DNA from: Ferroglobus placidus DSM 10642
GTDB taxonomy: Archaea > Halobacteriota > Archaeoglobi > Archaeoglobales > Archaeoglobaceae
Reading direction: 5' to 3'
DNA length: 32,000 nt
Assembly (NCBI RefSeq): GCF_000025505.1
Contig: NC_013849.1
Coordinates: 1,620,001-1,652,000, forward strand
In this document: positions 26,054-32,000 of the stretch, one piece after another
How the letters are laid out: every line of letters begins with the position of its first letter
How positions within the stretch are numbered: position 1 is the first letter of the stretch
Program-made: the position numbers and the translations under genes
Notes under the pieces: generated by a model
What the model was told of the DNA's origin: nothing
What the model saw: the letters and a program-made list of their open reading frames with translations, nothing else
The model's database searches: none

Positions 26054-26470
26054 TTAAACGAACTCTCGAATATGCATTACGAAGTCAAATTTAGCTTTTT
26101 CAATTAACTTTTCATCCGCCGTATATAGTTTGGCTTTTTGCTCTTCAGCCAGAGCTATGTAGGAAGCGTCGTAAATCGTTAAGTCATTCTCAACCGCAAT
26201 TTCCGCCGTTCTCTCCGCGAGTTTTCCTGTTAGTGGGTATAGTCTGAAACCGTAGAGGGTTATGACTCTTGCAGCCGTTACGATTTCCTCTTTGTTAAAC
26301 AGTCCTTTATGCTTCAAAGCGTTCAGAACTTCGTAGGGCATTAGTTCCGGGGAGATAATCTCTACGCTTCCGTTTATGTATTCATCTCGTAATTTTCTCG
26401 CGTTCTTCGAGTAAACCTCGTCAACAAACCATTTCACTATTACGCTCGCGTCAGCTACGACCTTTTCCAT
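26054..26470 (-). CDS. VapC-type PIN domain toxin
   Basis: VVADASVIVKWFVDEVYSKNARKL ... ELMPYEVLNAL ... NDLTIYDASYIALAEEQKAKLYTADEKL. Confidence 0.9.
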   Translation of the reverse strand: MEKVVADASVIVKWFVDEVYSKNARKLRDEYINGSVEIISPELMPYEVLNALKHKGLFNKEEIVTAARVITLYGFRLYPLTGKLAERTAEIAVENDLTIYDASYIALAEEQKAKLYTADEKLIEKAKFDFVMHIREFV

Positions 26471-26690
26471 ACCTCTTGTCCCTCCACTCTCGAATGATCT
26501 CGGTAGTATCTGTCGCAGACTTCTTTCTTATTTTCTCGTTCAAAAGTAAAGCCTCTGCGAGGTTTCTGCTCTCAAGCCTTTCTATTACTTTTTCTATCTC
26601 TTTTCTTATTATTTCACTCCAGTTTACGTATCTGTGTCTATCCATTTTTTTCTTTAGTTCGTCGCTAACTCTTACACTTATTACAGGCAT
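26451..26690 (-). CDS. VapB-type antitoxin paired with the 26054-26470 VapC
   Basis: MPVISVRVSDELKKKMDRHRYVNWSEIIRKEIEKVIERLE; overlaps the VapC start. Confidence 0.88.
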   Translation of the reverse strand: MPVISVRVSDELKKKMDRHRYVNWSEIIRKEIEKVIERLESRNLAEALLLNEKIRKKSATDTTEIIREWRDKRYGKGRS

Positions 26691-26777
26691 ACTTGTATTG
26701 CTGTATTACAACAGATAAAGCTTTTGGAAGAACCAAGGGCAGAGCTATGACTCAGCGATAATTAAAAATTGTAAAAT

Positions 26778-27518
26778 TCAAAAGCTCCTCATAGCCTCTT
26801 TCAGCCTCTTCTGCCCCTCTTCGCTAAACCAAAGGGAAGTGAATGTCTCCACGTCTTTTTCCAGCAAAGCCAAGCACTCCTCTTTTACTTTCAACGTTCT
26901 GTTTTTCTTTACAGCCGAAAAGGCTTCAGCCGGATGGTTAAGACTCTTTACCTTTTCTATCGACTTTTCCACAAGTTCTTCCTTCGAAAAAACACCGTCT
27001 ATTATTCCCAACTCCAACGCCTTTTCTGCTGAATAGAAGTCTCCTCCGTAAACCACGTCCCTCGCGACCCTCTCGTCTATCATCTGGAGAATCCTCTGGG
27101 GAAGATACGGCACTGAAAGTCCGAGCTTTATCTCGTTCAATCCTATGAGAGCTTTCTCCTTAACCATGAATCTGTAGTCGCAGCAGAGAGCGAGAATGCA
27201 TCCTCCAGCTATTGCATGCCCGTTTACTGCTGCAACCGTCGGCTTCGGCATCGTGTATATCTCCAGACAGAGAAGGTTGAAGCTCCTAATAAACTCTTTA
27301 AACAGCTGTTTGTCGTAGTCGATAAGCTTTGGAACGTCCAATCCGATTGAGAAAAACCTCTCGTCCTTGCTCGTTAGCACGATTCCACTTGCTTCGCTCT
27401 TAACAGATTCCACCGCTCTCTTCAAATCCTCTACCAGCTCCGGATTTATAGGGTTCTTTTTTCCGCTGTTCATTTTGAGAATAGCCACACCATCCACAAC
27501 TTCCACTTCCACGCTCAT
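26778..27518 (-). CDS. Enoyl-CoA hydratase/isomerase family protein
   Basis: SGIVLTSKDERFFSIGLDVPKL, PTVAAVNGHAIAGGCILALCCDYRFMV, IGLNEIKLGLSVPYLP. An alternative start is 27557. Confidence 0.88.
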   Translation of the reverse strand: MSVEVEVVDGVAILKMNSGKKNPINPELVEDLKRAVESVKSEASGIVLTSKDERFFSIGLDVPKLIDYDKQLFKEFIRSFNLLCLEIYTMPKPTVAAVNGHAIAGGCILALCCDYRFMVKEKALIGLNEIKLGLSVPYLPQRILQMIDERVARDVVYGGDFYSAEKALELGIIDGVFSKEELVEKSIEKVKSLNHPAEAFSAVKKNRTLKVKEECLALLEKDVETFTSLWFSEEGQKRLKEAMRSF

Positions 27519-27601
27519 GAGTCTAAATTCGTAACGAATTTTTTGAAGTTTTTGCATTTAAAAATAAACATTTAAAAATAAATTAAATTAAGTAGATTAA
27601 G

Positions 27602-30600
27602 TTAAGAAGTTTTAGAGTATTTTACGAGCACGTTTATGAATTCTTTGTCAGATATCTCTTTGTTAATCCAGTCTTTCAGAGCTACAGTCAACTCCATGTA
27701 ATCTATTTTTCCATCTCCGTTGAAATCGTATCTTTGCCAGGGTTCGCTGGGAGCGAGAACTGTAATGCTAAGCGATTTGCTGAAGTTTCCTGAAGAGCTC
27801 TCCAAGCTTACATCTATTGAGAAAGTTCCTTTAACCTTTGGAACCGTGAACTCAGCCGTGTAGTTTCCGGAAATGGTGGTAATAGAGTCTTTCATGCCCC
27901 ATTCAGCCGGAAAGACAATTGTAAGCTTTCCATCCAAGTTCGTCACAACTTCTATCACTAGCGTATCTCCCTGCATAACTTGAGCGGGAGCTTTTACATC
28001 GAAGAAAGGTTTTTTCTCAGCTATACTTATTTCTTTTTCGAATTCGTTAACGTTTCCAGCTCTGTCAACGATCACAACTTTAAGCACTCCGGATTTTTCG
28101 GCGTTGAACTCGAATGCGTGATGAGTTGTATAGTTCTCATTGGTAGTGTATTCATTTCCGAACTCTGCAAAAGCTTTCGCTGGCTCGTTAAGTTCAATTT
28201 CAACGAACAGAGACGAACTCCTATTAATTTTAATATTCTCCAAGCTCGGGGGCGTACGATCGATCGTTATTGCCAGAGATTTCACGTCTTCTCTGTTTCC
28301 GTAAACATCAACTGAATAATAGTATATTTTTGTCGTTCCTTCTGAGTCAACGACAACCTCGAAAGGTTCGCTGCCATCAACTCTTATCCATTTGCTTTGA
28401 GAGTTTATAGAGTAATTTGTGTAAGCCACTCCGCTGTCATCGTAGCGGGAGAAGGTTACAACTACACTCGTGTTGAAAATTCCAGATTCAGAAGGTTTTG
28501 CTGAGAGAGAATAGCTCGTGATTGGAGGAGTTGTGTCAGTGTTGTTGTAAGTTATCTCATAACTTGCTTTACCTTCGTTTTTGATCTTAATGTGATTTCT
28601 ATCAACAATTTCCCAGTTTGCAAACAACTTACCGTTCTTTTTCACTTTAACTCCCGCAGTACTACTCAGCCAGATTGTAACTTCGCAATCCCCTTCGATG
28701 GTAAGGATTGCTTTACCGTCTTCGTATTTAAGTAACGCTTTTGGAATTTCGCGGGAAGATGAGATTAAATTCTTAGAACCCAACGTGTATTTTCTGAAGT
28801 CCTCAAGGTACACGTACTTCAGCTGATTTGTTGAATCGAACCTCGCAAAAGCTATCTTAGCATCGCTCACAACATTTTCATAATAAACTTTCCCATCTGC
28901 TATGTGGATAAGGTCTCTGTACTTTTCAGTCAAGACCTCCACAGCATATCCGTCTCCTTCAACTTCAAGCTGCCTAAAGCTTGGGACAGCTTCATTCTTG
29001 CTGAGGTTTCTCGGGTAGTGCACTGTAATGTATTTGACTTCTTTTCCGATCTGCTCGGCTTTGATGAACGGATGCCAGAGATGATCCAGCGATTTGTCAC
29101 CTCTTGAACCGTATTGCATTCCTGAGAGATCGTAGGTAATTTCGCAAGCTGGGGCTATGAAAGTGTCAAGCTCAACCCAGTGGGTGTTTGTGTAGAGTGG
29201 CGTGCGGGAAGATACTTTCGTTAAGCTTTCAGTTGTCCAAGAGACGAAGTTCGTTACAGCTTTGAAAGGTTCCTTGTTCCACCAGTCCACGACCTTTCCA
29301 CCAATTTTAAGAATTCCTTTGACTGGATAGTTGACCCTCGGCTCTTTGCTTGTATCAGCCTCAGTTCCACCGTATTGGATAGTCATCTGGAATTTGTAAG
29401 GCTTCTCAGCTTTCAGCTCATCAAGGATCACAAAGTAGTCTTTCGGGAATATTACGGTTCTGTTCCACTTTATCTCCGGCAGTGTCAGGGTTTCTTTAGT
29501 TTCAACGTTCCTGAACTTTTTGATCTTAGTAAAGACGGTTGCCGATTCAAGGTCTTTGGAAATGAAGTAGTCCGTCAGCAGAGAGGGATTTTCAAGCTTA
29601 CCGAACTGCTTCCACCTCGAAGGAACGAGGGTGTCGTTGAATATAAAGCTCGAAAATCCGAACCCACCTTCCTGTTTAACTTCAGTTCCTTTCCATCCTC
29701 TTTCATCACCCCTGTCAACAACGAGATACGCTCTGTAAGCCCATATTGAATACGCTCCGTGATATGTTCTGCTCGTTGTGGCGGAGCTCCAGATGGGGTG
29801 GTTGTGTCCGTATAATTTGAGCCAGAGCTCATTTCCGTCCCTTCCATTTCTGAAAATCGCTTTAGCGTTTGCTTTCGAGAAGTAAGAATACGTTCCGTTC
29901 CACTTAGGTTCATCTTCTGGTAGTGTGTAATCGTAGAAAATTCCCGGAAATATCGCTTTGTTCACATCTCCAAATATCCCAGCAGCCTGCAATCCTTTTT
30001 TCATCAGTACGTGGTTTATATACCACTGGTGGTTGAGTTTGTCCTGCCCTTTATACAGATCTACCGTTATCCATTGTTCATGCCAAGCTACTCCGCCAGA
30101 TCTGAGACCTTTATTGTTCGGTTCACCTCCAGTCGGGTCTGAATGCCACACTGGCTGATCGAAAATCCCTCTTGCCAAGTCGTTGATCAAATCGTCTCCG
30201 AATAGCTTATGATATGTCATCACTCCTATAGCAAGCGTTTTCGCATACTGTCCTCTGTACTGTCCTTGATAGGTAAATCCTCCCGGCAAATGGGTGATCA
30301 TTGCAGCCGGATAAGGAGCTCCAGTTATGGATTCGAAGAAGAGATTTTTCATAGCATCTCTGATAGATAGATACGGGTTGAGGTAGTCCAAATACTCTCC
30401 GTTATACCCGAGCAGAGAGGACATTACAACAACAAGTATAGGGTTCTCAACAAGCATGTGGTTATTGGGGTCTGCTAAATTACCTTCTCTTGGCAAAGAT
30501 TCTTTCGAGTTGTAAACGTGGTAAATGTATACTTTCCACCTAATTTCCTTTGCAATTTCAGCAAGTTTGCTTTCTATCGTGTGATACTGGGTTTTGTTCG

Positions 30601-31774
30601 TTTTGTAGAGGTACTCTCTCAGGAAATCGAAAGCAAGTGCGTAGTACAAAGCGTTCTTTTCAGCTCTGAGGTATATGTGCTCCTTACCACCGTAAATAGT
30701 CTTGTCCTCCACTTCCTTTCCAGCTGTTAAAAGAGCTTCAGCTGCTTTTTCAGCGTATTTTTCATCTCCAGTCAATAAGTAAGCAAAAGCGAGTGCCAGT
30801 ATCTTTCTACCTTTGTAGGAAGCGTAGGTCAAATCGTCATCAAGGTAAGAGTTTGCTCTTCCTATGAGCAACTTCCTCCAGCTCTTGTAAGGCTCCACGT
30901 CTTTGTACTTGACTATTGGAATTTCCGAAACATCGCTGAAGAGCATATACGGATAGGCTGGAACCAAAAACCTCACAGCTCTGTTGTTCTCCTCAAGTAC
31001 ATCTTCGGAAGAAACAACTCTGACCTCCACTTTAACAACTCCATCTCTGTAATCGTACACTCCGAGGGTTTTGACTACCTCCCCTCCGGAAGGGACAGAA
31101 AAGCTTTCAGTTTCACCAACCTTTTTGTCGTTTATCCACAGCTCAAGCTTTACGTTCTCAGCTTCCAAGCTTCCAACGTTTCTGACTTTAGCCGAGACGC
31201 TCACTGATGTTGGCGAGTCGTAAGGTGTTTCAGGATTGAATGTTATGAAAGAAGGCTTTATCTCAAGTTCTGGCGCATCGGTTATGGGCTGAGAAATAAA
31301 CTCCGCGTAACTTCCACTTTTTCTTTTACTGTCGACCTCTATGAATACAAGCCTTTTTTCCCTTCCAAATATCTTCTTCGCTTCAATTCCGCTGTTCGGA
31401 GGGTTTGTGTTTATCGTCCAAGGTGCAACTTTAAGTTGAGAGCCATTTTTGGTCACTGTAACGTTATCAAGCAAAATCCACCCACCACCAGCAAGGCTGA
31501 CGTATCTTATCTTCACCCTTTTTCCGTAAGCATCCCCCAAATCAACTACAACATGCATTGGGTCTATCGGTGGAGCTCTTCCTCCACTTCTTGGAAAATC
31601 CGTTGCTCTAAATGTTTTTATTAGCTGATCTTCAACATAAATTTCCAGCTTTGCGGTCGTCGGATACCAGTATCCTTTAATATCGAAAGATAATTCATAG
31701 TTCTGAGCTGTAACTGGTTGGAATAACAGTCCTATTAAGAATATTAAACCCAACAAGTATAAGTCCCATCTCAT
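27602..31774 (-). CDS. Large secreted polysaccharide-lyase-like (heparinase II/III / alginate lyase-type) protein with CARDB-like and C-terminal dockerin-like segments
   Basis: Signal peptide MRWDLYLLGLIFLIGLLFQPVTAQ; CARDB-like VSVSAKVRNVGSLEAENVKLELWINDKKVGE...VLEENNRAVRF; central AKAIFRNGRDGNELWLKLYGHNHPIWSSATTSRTYHGAYSIWAYRAYLVVDRGDERGW; C-terminal RYDFNGDGKIDYMELTVALKDWI. Confidence 0.6.
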   Translation of the reverse strand: MRWDLYLLGLIFLIGLLFQPVTAQNYELSFDIKGYWYPTTAKLEIYVEDQLIKTFRATDFPRSGGRAPPIDPMHVVVDLGDAYGKRVKIRYVSLAGGGWILLDNVTVTKNGSQLKVAPWTINTNPPNSGIEAKKIFGREKRLVFIEVDSKRKSGSYAEFISQPITDAPELEIKPSFITFNPETPYDSPTSVSVSAKVRNVGSLEAENVKLELWINDKKVGETESFSVPSGGEVVKTLGVYDYRDGVVKVEVRVVSSEDVLEENNRAVRFLVPAYPYMLFSDVSEIPIVKYKDVEPYKSWRKLLIGRANSYLDDDLTYASYKGRKILALAFAYLLTGDEKYAEKAAEALLTAGKEVEDKTIYGGKEHIYLRAEKNALYYALAFDFLREYLYKTNKTQYHTIESKLAEIAKEIRWKVYIYHVYNSKESLPREGNLADPNNHMLVENPILVVVMSSLLGYNGEYLDYLNPYLSIRDAMKNLFFESITGAPYPAAMITHLPGGFTYQGQYRGQYAKTLAIGVMTYHKLFGDDLINDLARGIFDQPVWHSDPTGGEPNNKGLRSGGVAWHEQWITVDLYKGQDKLNHQWYINHVLMKKGLQAAGIFGDVNKAIFPGIFYDYTLPEDEPKWNGTYSYFSKANAKAIFRNGRDGNELWLKLYGHNHPIWSSATTSRTYHGAYSIWAYRAYLVVDRGDERGWKGTEVKQEGGFGFSSFIFNDTLVPSRWKQFGKLENPSLLTDYFISKDLESATVFTKIKKFRNVETKETLTLPEIKWNRTVIFPKDYFVILDELKAEKPYKFQMTIQYGGTEADTSKEPRVNYPVKGILKIGGKVVDWWNKEPFKAVTNFVSWTTESLTKVSSRTPLYTNTHWVELDTFIAPACEITYDLSGMQYGSRGDKSLDHLWHPFIKAEQIGKEVKYITVHYPRNLSKNEAVPSFRQLEVEGDGYAVEVLTEKYRDLIHIADGKVYYENVVSDAKIAFARFDSTNQLKYVYLEDFRKYTLGSKNLISSSREIPKALLKYEDGKAILTIEGDCEVTIWLSSTAGVKVKKNGKLFANWEIVDRNHIKIKNEGKASYEITYNNTDTTPPITSYSLSAKPSESGIFNTSVVVTFSRYDDSGVAYTNYSINSQSKWIRVDGSEPFEVVVDSEGTTKIYYYSVDVYGNREDVKSLAITIDRTPPSLENIKINRSSSLFVEIELNEPAKAFAEFGNEYTTNENYTTHHAFEFNAEKSGVLKVVIVDRAGNVNEFEKEISIAEKKPFFDVKAPAQVMQGDTLVIEVVTNLDGKLTIVFPAEWGMKDSITTISGNYTAEFTVPKVKGTFSIDVSLESSSGNFSKSLSITVLAPSEPWQRYDFNGDGKIDYMELTVALKDWINKEISDKEFINVLVKYSKTS

Positions 31775-31892
31775 GATAATAGTTGTAATGGTGAGTAGAA
31801 AAGCTTTTCTATTACTTTTGTGAGATACAAAATTTCCGTTAAACATTTATACCACTTACTTTATCTATTAAGGTTAACTGAGGTCAGTATGC

Positions 31893-32000
31893 ATGAAAAT
31901 CAATGATATAAAAAGATTATTAAACTTAAAAAGTTTAAATATAGACTCATTCATCGCCATTTTAGCACTCCTATTCTTCGTAGGCTTCGCAGCTCCAACG
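31893..32000 (+). CDS. Start of a membrane protein, partial (runs off the right edge)
   Basis: ATG at 31893 open to the end: MKINDIKRLLNLKSLNIDSFIAILALLFFVGFAAPT. Confidence 0.4.
   Translation, partial: MKINDIKRLLNLKSLNIDSFIAILALLFFVGFAAPT

Noticed and set aside
29375-29749. 124-aa plus-strand ORF inside the large secreted protein gene
   Set aside because: Antisense shadow of a continuous 1.4-kaa frame.
1-32000. CRISPR array or cas genes
   Set aside because: No regularly spaced repeat array and no Cas-like proteins were found; the repeats present are short operator-like or tandem duplications.

Overview
This 32 kb window looks like a hyperthermophilic euryarchaeon, probably Archaeoglobales-like. 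That placement is inferred from gene content: aIF2-beta, Nob1, BpsA, futalosine-pathway Mqn genes, and an intron-containing tRNA-Trp. Much of the window is ordinary core metabolism and information processing: a P5C reductase-like protein, an HD phosphohydrolase, tRNA-Ser, AarF kinase, CbiA, SpeD/BpsA, a NOL1/Sun methylase, DUF424, aIF2-beta, Nob1, a PRTase regulator, mqnE-mqnA-mqnC, aroA-aroC, and a MarR/MATE/MFS operon. The most interesting locus is at about 8.69-10.69 kb. It encodes an 89-aa glycine-zipper-like hydrophobic peptide ending in Trp, a multi-TM protein whose start is in another frame behind an A_AAA_AAC heptamer, a SpoIIM/DUF95 protein, a 68-aa two-TM cationic-tailed protein and a 153-aa multi-TM protein. 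A TATA box and a cluster of TTGGA/TCCAA palindromes precede it. The architecture resembles circular-bacteriocin clusters, although no ABC ATPase is visible. Other notable items are: a pre-tRNA-Trp intron that encodes a complete box C/D guide RNA predicted to target C34 and C39; a Cys-rich 44-aa miniprotein and CbiA divergent from a wHTH/sulfite-reductase-like pair, separated by palindromes; a decayed accessory region after tRNA-Trp (transposase with in-frame amber stop, VapB with broken VapC, IS remnant, intact VapBC); and a ~1390-aa secreted heparinase-like protein with CARDB-like and C-terminal dockerin-like segments.
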